Part shown: positions 27,689-36,448 of the stretch, piece after piece
Position numbering within the stretch: position 1 is the stretch's first letter
How the letters are laid out: each line of letters opens with the position of its first letter
NCBI GenBank assembly: GCA_007695145.1
Contig: REEI01000089.1
Coordinates: 9,084-73,083 of the forward strand
Direction of reading: 5' to 3'
Source of the DNA: Saprospirales bacterium
GTDB lineage: Bacteria > Bacteroidota > Bacteroidia > Chitinophagales > Saprospiraceae
DNA length: 64,000 bases
The notes under the pieces: generated by a model
Told to the model about the DNA's origin: nothing
The model's input: only the letters and a program-made list of their open reading frames with translations
The model's database searches: none
Position numbers and translations under genes: made by a program

Positions 27689-30145
27689 ATGAGTCTTTTT
27701 TCATACAGTTCAATCAGTTCCTTAAGTAAAGAATCCACCCGAAACCGCTATCTACTGATTCCCATTATCTTAACACTAATTTTCGCCACCATTTTTACAC
27801 CTGTTAATGGGCAAAATCAAGAGAGGGGGAACCACTCAGACCTTACAATAGGACAGGTGATGCGTGGAGAAGAATTTACCGGTTATTCTCCCCAATCTAT
27901 TAGGTGGGATTTTATGAGCGAAAACATATATTTCAGTTGGAATCCTGAAATGGAGATTGTACGATCTACCTACAGGTGGTCACCTTTAATAAAACAGGCT
28001 CCTGAAAAGGTCTCTGCGAAGGAGGAGAGCTACCTTCCTTCCAGTGTAGAATTTAACTCCGATAGAAACCTGGCAACTTATACACTGGCCGGGGATTTGT
28101 TTATCAGTGATCTCATCAGTGGTGAGCGAAAAAGAGTGATCCAAACTGCAGAAAGAATAAACAACCCCTTCTTTTCAGAAGATGAAAATTATATCCATTT
28201 TCAAATGGGGGACAACCTCCATAGATGGCATATTGAAGCCGGCACCATCGAACAACTTATCGAATTTAAAAGCGGTTCAAAGTCAACTACTAATCAATTG
28301 AGCCCACAGAATGAATGGTTGGAGCGAGATCAGCTTGAACTATTTGAGACCCTTTCTATCCGAAAACAAAGGCGAGAAAAGATGGAAGAGCGAAGAGAAG
28401 TATACCGCCTGAGTAATATCCCAACAGTTTATACAGGAAGCAAAACAGTAAGCTCTCAGAGAATTTGTCCAAACGGCAGATTTATCACTTACATGCTAAG
28501 CAACAATCCCGGCAGCCACTTTACCAACGTTCCCAATTACGTTACCGAATCCGGTCAGGTGGAAAACATCAGATCGCGACCAAAAGTTGGACATCCTCAA
28601 ACTACTTATGAGTTCTGGATTTATGATCTTGAAGGAGACACATCCTTTCAATTATCAACAGAAAATATACCGGGCATAAAGCGAAAACCGGAATTCCTCA
28701 GGGAATATCACAGTGGAGAAGAGCCATTCCATGAGGAATACGAAAAGGCAAGGGAAGTGGTTATTCACGGCCCTCACTATTCAGAAAACGGCAAAGCGGT
28801 AGTAGTGGTGCGATCCCTGGACAATAAAGACAGGTGGATAATGAAATTAAACCTTTCCAATGGTGATTTATCAATGCTTGACCATCAACGAGATGAAGCA
28901 TGGATAGGTGGTCCGGGAATCTCGGGCTGGAATTTTTCTTCGGGTAATGTAGGATGGATGAAGGACAACCTCCACTTTTATTTTCAATCTGAGCAAAGTG
29001 GCTTTTCACATCTTTATAAAGTTAACACCCAATCAGGCTTAAAGTCAGCACTCACTAAAGGGGAATGGGAAGTGGAAGTGTTGGGTCTGTCTCATGATGG
29101 AAAAACCTTTTTTATTTCGTCCAACAAAGAAAGCCCCTTTCAAACTCATTTCTACCACCTTCCGGCCGAGGGAGGGGAAATGGAAAAAATCACCACCCTG
29201 AAAGGTGGCCATGAAGTTGTAATTAGTCCTGATGAAAAGCATCTGGCGATTAGATATTCCCCTTCCAACCGACCCTGGGAGTTGTACTGGATGGAAAATC
29301 AAGCTGGAGCTGAGCTCAATCGAATCACTCATTCAACTACTGAAGATTTTGAGAAATACGAATGGTTACAACCAGAGATAATATGGTTTGAAGCAGAAGA
29401 TGGCGTCATGGTTCCGGCCCGTATCTATGAACCTGAAAATGACAATGCCAACGGAGCCGCAATCATCTTTGTACACGGAGCCGGGTACCTCCAAAATGTA
29501 CATCATTGGTGGAGTAGCTATTTTAGGGAATACATGTTTCACCACATCCTCAGAGACAATGGATACACTGTCCTGGATATAGACTTCAGAGCCAGTGCCG
29601 GCTATGGAAGAGACTGGAGAACTGCAATTTACCGACATATGGGAGGGAAAGACTTGTCGGATCAGGTGGATGGCGCTCATTGGCTGGTAAATAACAGGAA
29701 TATCGAGCCCGAAAAAATAGGAATATACGGTGGCTCTTACGGAGGTTTCATTACCATTATGGCGTTGTTCCTTGAAAGCGAAACATTTACAGCTGGTGCT
29801 GCCCTTCGATCAGTAACGGATTGGGCCCACTACAACCACGGATACACGAGTAATATTCTCAATACTCCCGTAGAGGACAGCCTCGCTTTTAGAAGGAGTT
29901 CACCCATTTATCACGCTGAAGGGCTTGAAGGTGCATTGCTGATGCTGCACGGTGTAATAGATGTCAATGTTCAGTATCAGGATGTGGTGAGACTGGCTCA
30001 ACGACTGATTGAGTTGGAAAAAGACAACTGGGACTTAGCTATATACCCTTTGGAAGACCACGGTTTTATTGAAGCAAGCGCATGGACAGATGAGTACAGG
30101 CGGATTTTCTACTGGTTTCAAAGGCACCTTTTGGGGAAAAATTGA
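27689..30145 (+). CDS. S9 family serine peptidase (beta-propeller plus alpha/beta hydrolase, DPP/prolyl-oligopeptidase-like)
   Basis: Signal/anchor leader, long propeller-like N-region, nucleophile elbow GGSYGGF, and the downstream D...H region (LHGVIDVNV, EDHGF). Confidence 0.88.
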   Translation: MSLFSYSSISSLSKESTRNRYLLIPIILTLIFATIFTPVNGQNQERGNHSDLTIGQVMRGEEFTGYSPQSIRWDFMSENIYFSWNPEMEIVRSTYRWSPLIKQAPEKVSAKEESYLPSSVEFNSDRNLATYTLAGDLFISDLISGERKRVIQTAERINNPFFSEDENYIHFQMGDNLHRWHIEAGTIEQLIEFKSGSKSTTNQLSPQNEWLERDQLELFETLSIRKQRREKMEERREVYRLSNIPTVYTGSKTVSSQRICPNGRFITYMLSNNPGSHFTNVPNYVTESGQVENIRSRPKVGHPQTTYEFWIYDLEGDTSFQLSTENIPGIKRKPEFLREYHSGEEPFHEEYEKAREVVIHGPHYSENGKAVVVVRSLDNKDRWIMKLNLSNGDLSMLDHQRDEAWIGGPGISGWNFSSGNVGWMKDNLHFYFQSEQSGFSHLYKVNTQSGLKSALTKGEWEVEVLGLSHDGKTFFISSNKESPFQTHFYHLPAEGGEMEKITTLKGGHEVVISPDEKHLAIRYSPSNRPWELYWMENQAGAELNRITHSTTEDFEKYEWLQPEIIWFEAEDGVMVPARIYEPENDNANGAAIIFVHGAGYLQNVHHWWSSYFREYMFHHILRDNGYTVLDIDFRASAGYGRDWRTAIYRHMGGKDLSDQVDGAHWLVNNRNIEPEKIGIYGGSYGGFITIMALFLESETFTAGAALRSVTDWAHYNHGYTSNILNTPVEDSLAFRRSSPIYHAEGLEGALLMLHGVIDVNVQYQDVVRLAQRLIELEKDNWDLAIYPLEDHGFIEASAWTDEYRRIFYWFQRHLLGKN

Positions 30146-30208
30146 GGACTTTCACCCAAAATGAGTTTATTTTGGCACTAAAATAACATCAGTAAAAACA
30201 AGCCTTAC

Positions 30209-30676
30209 TCAATCCACTCCAATATCCTCGTTCCAAAGTTCGGGTTTATTTTGAATAAAATCGTTCATTATGCGGATACAGTCAGCATCCTGTAGAACTA
30301 CCACCTCAACTCCCCTGCTCCTCAAAAGATCTTCCTCCCCCATGAAGTTTCTATTTTCTCCAATTACTACCCTGGGGATACCATAGAGAAGAATTGCTCC
30401 CGTGCACATAGAACAGGGTGACAAAGTAGTGTAAATCGTTGAATCTCTGTATATTTTGGCAGGCAACCTGCCAGCATCCTCCAAAGCATCCATTTCCCCA
30501 TGCAAAACTGCACTACCTTTTTGAATCCTGCGGTTGTGCCCCCTTCCTATTATTTCGCCACCATGGACCAATACAGAGCCGATGGGGATCCCCCCGCTCT
30601 CCAATCCAGTTATTGCTTCTCTTACCGCCTCCTTCATAAAATTTAGATCTGATTCCATTCTTTCATTATATTTCAT
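30209..30676 (-). CDS. Cytidine/deoxycytidylate-deaminase-fold cytosine deaminase (Fcy1-like)
   Basis: Zinc motifs HGEMDALE and SPCSMCTGAI. The blocks TLSPC.MCTGAI..YGIPR.V.GEN and the C-terminal W.EDIG closely resemble my recollection of yeast Fcy1. ATG at 30676 or 30658 is possible. Confidence 0.75.
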   Translation of the reverse strand: MKYNERMESDLNFMKEAVREAITGLESGGIPIGSVLVHGGEIIGRGHNRRIQKGSAVLHGEMDALEDAGRLPAKIYRDSTIYTTLSPCSMCTGAILLYGIPRVVIGENRNFMGEEDLLRSRGVEVVVLQDADCIRIMNDFIQNKPELWNEDIGVD

Positions 30677-30937
30677 TTCTCGTTGATTGAATATTATAAA
30701 AAACACCCCCAATTATTGAATGGTGGCGAAAGATAAGAACAAATTCCATAGCCGGTACATTGGTTGGAATGTTAAAATTACTTTCATCCTAATTCAAAGC
30801 ATAAATACCTCCTCAAACCAAAAGGACGTTCCACATCAAAAATTATGTTTCAATCAGGCAATGTATTAGGATATTATTTAATATCTTAGCGTTTGAAAGC
30901 ATTTTTTTACCTTAAAATTCCTCCAAGGAATAAGCTT

Positions 30938-31942
30938 ATGAGGCAAAATCGCGATTGGAAAGAAATTTACAAAGGATTAAAAGACGGGAATCGAGTCCAA
31001 TTGGGCATAGCTTTTTCCCTAATTGAAAGTAAGAGGCAGGCAGATCGCGACGCTGCTGCTCTTTTGATTAATGAATGTACCCGCACTTCCAGACAAGATA
31101 CCTTGAGAATTGGAATTACAGGCTCTCCCGGAGTAGGTAAGAGTTCAGTGATTGAAAAACTCGGCCTCGCTGCAATAGCAGAGGGCAGAAAAGTAGCAGT
31201 ATTGGCCATCGACCCAAGTAGCAGTATCTCTGGTGGAAGTATCCTTGGGGACAAAACCAGAATGCAGGAATTATCAGCCAATCAGAGGGCTTTTATTCGC
31301 CCAAGCGCTGCCGGAAAAACACTGGGAGGAGTGGCGAAGACGACCAGAGAATTCATAGCTATATGCGAGGCGGCAACTTATGACCTCATCTTAGTGGAAA
31401 CCGTGGGAGTAGGTCAGTCAGAAACTGCAGTTTACGATATGACAGATATGTTTCTATTCCTGGTTTTACCCGGGGCCGGCGATGAATTACAGGGCATAAA
31501 AAGGGGCATTGTGGAGATGGCTGATCTCCTGGTGGTCAATAAGTCTGAAAAAGATCGGAAAAAATTAGCCTCTCAAACTGCACTTGATTACAGAAATGCG
31601 CTGCATTTACTGCGGGTGAAGGATTCCGGCTGGAAACCTGCAGTAAAGACGCATAGTATCTACGATTCTGAAAGCACTTCAGCCCTATGGAAAAACATTA
31701 AAGAGTATGAAGATCACATTAACAGCAATAACTACAGACTTGAGTTGAGAAGATCCCAGCAGACCAAATGGTTTGATGAATTACTGCAAAATGAATTGTT
31801 GGAAAAATTGTTTTCTACATTCAAGAATAAGCCTTCTGACCTGGAAGAACTCAGAAGCAGGGTTTCAAAAATGGAATTGAGTCCCATAATGGCGGTAAGA
31901 AAAATAATGGACCGATTGGAAATAAACCTAAAACACCAATGA
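30938..31942 (+). CDS. meaB: MeaB/ArgK-type G3E GTPase (methylmalonyl-CoA mutase chaperone family)
   Basis: P-loop GSPGVGKSS, ETVGVGQSE, switch region GDELQGIK and NKSE (an NKxD variant). The ATG at 30938 is preferred. Confidence 0.88.
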   Translation: MRQNRDWKEIYKGLKDGNRVQLGIAFSLIESKRQADRDAAALLINECTRTSRQDTLRIGITGSPGVGKSSVIEKLGLAAIAEGRKVAVLAIDPSSSISGGSILGDKTRMQELSANQRAFIRPSAAGKTLGGVAKTTREFIAICEAATYDLILVETVGVGQSETAVYDMTDMFLFLVLPGAGDELQGIKRGIVEMADLLVVNKSEKDRKKLASQTALDYRNALHLLRVKDSGWKPAVKTHSIYDSESTSALWKNIKEYEDHINSNNYRLELRRSQQTKWFDELLQNELLEKLFSTFKNKPSDLEELRSRVSKMELSPIMAVRKIMDRLEINLKHQ

Positions 31943-33696
31943 GCAAGATAATAAAATTCTGGTCAGGCACTTCAATACTGCTAATCATTTGCTCCATGGC
32001 ATTCACTCCGTGGGTGCCCTCCAATACCATCAGCGCCCAACAAGCTGAAAAGCCCTCCTTCGCTCCACCTATCAATTATCCAATGTCGCTGTCTGGAACT
32101 TTTGGAGAAATCAGAAGAAGTGGATTTCATTTTGGCATTGACCTTCGCTCACAGTGGACCGATGAGGAAGACCTGATTCTGTCAATAGCCGATGGTTATA
32201 TTTCAAGACTTTTGGTCAGCGCAGGGGGCTACGGTAATGCAGTTTACATCAATCATCCAAACGGCTACACCTCAGTTTATGCACACCTTGACCGTTTTGC
32301 TCCGGAGATAGAGAAAATCATTCGGCATCGCCAATATAGAGAAGAGTCCTTTGAGGTGGACTTTCATCTTCGAAGAAATGAATTACCGGTAAAAAAGGGG
32401 CAGTTTATCGGAACTATGGGAAATACCGGCCATTCTTTTGGCAAGCATCTTCACTTTGAAATTAGGAGAACAGAAGGTCAAATTCCTTTTAACCCCTTAT
32501 TATTTGGTTATCAGGTTGCAGACCGACACCCTCCGGTTTTAAATGAGGTAGGGATACATGTTTTAGACGACAAAGGCACCGTACTGGAGCGAAATTACTA
32601 CCCGCTTAGACACCGTGGGAACAACAGCTACACCCCAGGAAATACTGTACTTGAAGTTCCGGGCTGGCAATTTGGTATCACCCTGAAAGGTCACGATCGA
32701 ATGACCGGAACCAATAACAGGAACGGGATTTACCAAATTGAACTCTTTGTAAACGACAGCCTTTTTCACGAGATCAGATTTGACCGCCTCGCATACTCAG
32801 AAAGACCTTTCTTCAGAACTCACGTTGACCATGCCCTGAACATTAAGGAGAACAAAAGGCATCACCTTTTGTACAAACACGAGGGTAATCAACTACAAAT
32901 TTATTGTGATTGTCCATCTTACGGCATCATTCAGGCTTTCATCGATCAACCCGCTGAAGTTACTATCAAGGCTTCTGATTTTCAGGGAAACACCTCCGTT
33001 GCGAACTTTCAGGTAAAAAGAGCAGAGCCACCCTATGAGCGTGAACCCATTCTATTTACCCACAGATTCCGTACAGGAGAAGCAAAAACAGTCAATCTGC
33101 CAGGAGGAAGCATCTATTTTCCGCACAATGCATTCTTTAAGGATGAAACCCTTTACATTAGAGAAGTTCGTGACAGCTGCCAGGACTGCCTTTCACCCAT
33201 TATCGAGATAAAAGAAGACGGTACTCCCTTTTTCAATCGCCCTACCCTGACCTTCAACACCTATTCTTTCCCATCCGGCTACAAGGATCAAGTTTTTGCC
33301 GGGCTTATAGATGAAAAAGGTGAAGTTACAATGCTTTCAGGAGAGTGGCGAGGCAGCAATTTTCAAACCAGAGTAAATAGTCCTGGAAAATACGCCCTTT
33401 TCCTGGATACCATTCCACCAACTATTCGACCCATTGCTTTTAGAAGAGATATGAGAGGACTCGGTTCGATGAGTTTTGAAATAAAGGACGACCAGAAGGC
33501 CTCAATCAGAAATGGAGGAATTTCCTACAGGGCAACCATTAACGGCGAGTGGGCGCTCTTTGAGTTTGACCACAAAAATGATCTGATTACTCACAACTTT
33601 GATCGGCCTCTACCACCCGGAGCTCATCATTTGAAAATTGAGGTTACTGACGCTGTGGGTAATAAAACCACACGTGAATGGGAGTTTCTGCGATAA
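31939..33696 (+). CDS. M23 family metallopeptidase with a long C-terminal extension
   Basis: Signal peptide. Motifs HFGIDL (HxxxD) and GKHLHFEI (HxH). The start ATG overlaps the meaB stop (ATGA). Confidence 0.85.
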   Translation: MSKIIKFWSGTSILLIICSMAFTPWVPSNTISAQQAEKPSFAPPINYPMSLSGTFGEIRRSGFHFGIDLRSQWTDEEDLILSIADGYISRLLVSAGGYGNAVYINHPNGYTSVYAHLDRFAPEIEKIIRHRQYREESFEVDFHLRRNELPVKKGQFIGTMGNTGHSFGKHLHFEIRRTEGQIPFNPLLFGYQVADRHPPVLNEVGIHVLDDKGTVLERNYYPLRHRGNNSYTPGNTVLEVPGWQFGITLKGHDRMTGTNNRNGIYQIELFVNDSLFHEIRFDRLAYSERPFFRTHVDHALNIKENKRHHLLYKHEGNQLQIYCDCPSYGIIQAFIDQPAEVTIKASDFQGNTSVANFQVKRAEPPYEREPILFTHRFRTGEAKTVNLPGGSIYFPHNAFFKDETLYIREVRDSCQDCLSPIIEIKEDGTPFFNRPTLTFNTYSFPSGYKDQVFAGLIDEKGEVTMLSGEWRGSNFQTRVNSPGKYALFLDTIPPTIRPIAFRRDMRGLGSMSFEIKDDQKASIRNGGISYRATINGEWALFEFDHKNDLITHNFDRPLPPGAHHLKIEVTDAVGNKTTREWEFLR

Positions 33697-33874
33697 TACC
33701 ATGTTCAGAGATGCTTTGAGTTGTATCTTAAAAACCTAGTTTAGCACTCGTGAAAAATTTTCAAAAGTATGAACCTATAAAGATCAGCAATGTTAGAAAA
33801 ATACTACCAATCTGTTCGAGTGGAACATAAATTTTTAAAGAACAAGATTACCAAATTTTAACAAATAATCAAGT

Positions 33875-34342
33875 ATGGCAAAACCAGAAAAAGGTCAAAA
33901 GGCACCTGAATTTAAAGGGTTGAATGAAAAGGAGGAACAAATCCAACTAAGTGATTTTGAGGGTAAAAAATTGATACTCTTTTTCTACCCAAAGGATGAT
34001 ACTCCTGGCTGTACTGCTGCGGCCTGTAGCCTAAGAGACGATTTTGACCGCCTTAAAAACCATGGTTTTGAGATGTTGGGAGTGAGTCCCGATAGTCCAA
34101 AAAAACACCAAAAGTTCATCGATAAACACAAGTTCCCCTTTAGTCTGCTGGCAGATGAAGATAAGGAAGTATTAAATGCCTATGGAGTTTGGGGGAGAAA
34201 GAAATTTATGGGTAGGGAATACGATGGCGTCATTCGCACCACCTTTATCATTGATGAAAATGGAGTTGTTGAGCAAGTAATCGACAAGGTAAAGACCAAA
34301 ACCCATGCCCAACAAATTTTAGAGCTGATGGGGATCGATTAA
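33875..34342 (+). CDS. bcp: Thiol peroxidase Bcp (peroxiredoxin Q type)
   Basis: FFYPKDDTPGCTAAAC carries the peroxidatic and resolving Cys five residues apart. Length is 155 aa. Confidence 0.92.
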   Translation: MAKPEKGQKAPEFKGLNEKEEQIQLSDFEGKKLILFFYPKDDTPGCTAAACSLRDDFDRLKNHGFEMLGVSPDSPKKHQKFIDKHKFPFSLLADEDKEVLNAYGVWGRKKFMGREYDGVIRTTFIIDENGVVEQVIDKVKTKTHAQQILELMGID

Positions 34343-34701
34343 ATATCCACCTACCTATCTTTAGGGATTGAGTTGCTCTGCTAATCTATAAGGGACCCAA
34401 TAATCCCCGTAAGTCGTTTTCTGAACAATTAAGTAACCATTGGGAATTCGTTTTCTATTCAATGCGTTTAATTTGATGTGATCAATAATTTAATTGGATT
34501 AGACGCGGTCTAAACCTACTAATTCATTAAATTTCACCATTCTTTTAGGATGAACTTGCAACAATTAATCCACCTCTAATTCTGAAGCTAATTGCAGATT
34601 GGACCTGGGAATGAACACATTGTTAGCAATAATTTAATCTTTTCAATTTTGAGCTTTTATGCACTCAATTCATCTTTGGGTCAAATTAAAAGAGTTATAA
34701 A

Positions 34702-36081
34702 ATGAAGCGCAGAGATTTTTTCCGTTCAGGAACCATCGCAGGATTAGGTGCCGGCTTAATTTCACCCTTTTCCTCAAGATCAAAATTGTGGGAATTAGAT
34801 CGCCAGGTAAAGAACATCATCTTCCTGGTGACGGATGGCATGAGTTCAGGAACCTTTCAGATGGCGGACTTACTTAGAAGAAGAATGGATGGACGGAACA
34901 GCAATTGGCTCCAACTCTATCACGACAAAAAAATCACCAGAGGCATAATGGATATGTCCTCACTCAATTCGGCTGTACCGGATTCTGCAGCGGCTTCAAG
35001 TTCCTGGGGAGGAGGTTATCGCGTCAACAATGGATCTCTGAATATAGGTCCCAATGGAGAAGTCTATAAACCCATTCTCAAAAAATTTAAAGATTCTGGG
35101 AAGGCAGTAGGATGCGTCACTACTGTCCAAATTACTCATGCTACACCGGCCGGCTTCCTGGTTTCCCATCCCACAAGACAAGAGCAGGCAGTAATTGCTG
35201 AAAAATACGCCGAGGAGAATTACGATGTCCTGATGGGTGGAGGCTTAGAATTTTTTGATTCGGAATCACGCGAAGATGGTAAGGATCTATTTGCTAAATT
35301 CAGTGATAAGGGTTACTCAGTAGCATTGAATCGCGATGAAATGCTGCGGAGTTCAATTGAAAAGCCTATAATTGGTGTTTTTCACAGAGGTGGCTTGCCT
35401 TACACCCTTGATCAAATGAACGATCGTGCCCTGCACGAAGAGGTACCTACTCTGGCGGAAATGACCCAAAAGGCAATAGATATTATGAAGTCCAACCCAA
35501 ATGGATTTGTAATTCAGGTGGAAGCAGGCAAAGTTGACTGGGCTGCCCACGGAAATGACCTGGGAGCCATTCTATACGATCAACTCGCCTTTGATGATGC
35601 CGTGAAAACAGCAATGGATTTTGCTGAAAGTGACGGAAACACCCTGGTGATTATAACCACAGACCACGGTAATGCTAACCCCGGTCTAATGGGAGGGCGA
35701 AATGCTGATAAAAACTTTGATAGAGTGCAGTCATTTAAACACAGTGCAAACTATACCTTATCAAAAATTGAATCCGGAATGAGTCCTGCTGCTGCAATCG
35801 AGTGGATCGAACAGGCCAAGGGCATCGCTATAAAAAAAGAAGAGGCAAAAGAACTCTTGTCATTTTTTGACAGGGTGGGTGAAGGAGCAGGGCCATCCAC
35901 AATTCCCGCTCCCAGATTGGCAAAAACTCTTTACCCCTACACCAATGTGGGTTGGGCGGGTACCAGCCACACCTCAGATTTTGTAGAGATATCCATGTAT
36001 GGACCGGGCAGTGAAAAACTACCTCCAATTATCATGAACACCGAACTCCACTTCTATATGTTGGAAGCCGCAGGTTTATAA
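34702..36081 (+). CDS. Alkaline phosphatase (PhoA family) with Tat signal
   Basis: Twin-arginine leader MKRRDFFRSG. It has the DGMS metal ligand region, the DSAAAS nucleophile motif and TTDHGN. Confidence 0.9.
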   Translation: MKRRDFFRSGTIAGLGAGLISPFSSRSKLWELDRQVKNIIFLVTDGMSSGTFQMADLLRRRMDGRNSNWLQLYHDKKITRGIMDMSSLNSAVPDSAAASSSWGGGYRVNNGSLNIGPNGEVYKPILKKFKDSGKAVGCVTTVQITHATPAGFLVSHPTRQEQAVIAEKYAEENYDVLMGGGLEFFDSESREDGKDLFAKFSDKGYSVALNRDEMLRSSIEKPIIGVFHRGGLPYTLDQMNDRALHEEVPTLAEMTQKAIDIMKSNPNGFVIQVEAGKVDWAAHGNDLGAILYDQLAFDDAVKTAMDFAESDGNTLVIITTDHGNANPGLMGGRNADKNFDRVQSFKHSANYTLSKIESGMSPAAAIEWIEQAKGIAIKKEEAKELLSFFDRVGEGAGPSTIPAPRLAKTLYPYTNVGWAGTSHTSDFVEISMYGPGSEKLPPIIMNTELHFYMLEAAGL

Positions 36082-36383
36082 GGAATTTAAGGAACATTCT
36101 AATTTGAATCTTTTGTCTTACTTGTAGGCTAAAACTAATGTACCCTCATTCGAAGGTATTCATCTGCCGAGATTTCAATTGTAGTCTCCTTTTGGCCATG
36201 TCCGAGTTCATTTTGATAAGATCCCAATAGACATTAGGCCATATGTTTTCTTTTATCGCTTTTGCAACTTTCATGATCACACCTTTCGCATTTTTAAAAA
36301 TAGTATTATCCAGTAACAACTGTTAATACTTACACCAATTAGAACATTCAGAAGATCAAAGAATTTCAATGGTTGGTATCGCT

Positions 36384-36418
36384 AAAAAAAGCCCGACCAC
36401 TTTAACGGGTGGCCGGGC
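36384..36418 (-). terminator. Rho-independent terminator of the TonB-dependent receptor gene
   Basis: On the minus strand, GCCCGGCCAC..GTGGTCGGGC (10-bp stem, one mismatch) is followed by T7, about 30 nt after the stop. Confidence 0.75.
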
Positions 36419-36448
36419 AACAAAAATATTCACTAAATCAATCAGTCA

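Noticed and set aside
36158-36290. Minus-strand ORF of about 42 codons (..MKVAKAIKENIWPNVYWDLIKMNSDMAKRRLQL..) between the phosphatase and the TonB receptor
   Set aside because: It is too short and has no recognisable family. It could be a gene fragment but cannot be supported from sequence alone.
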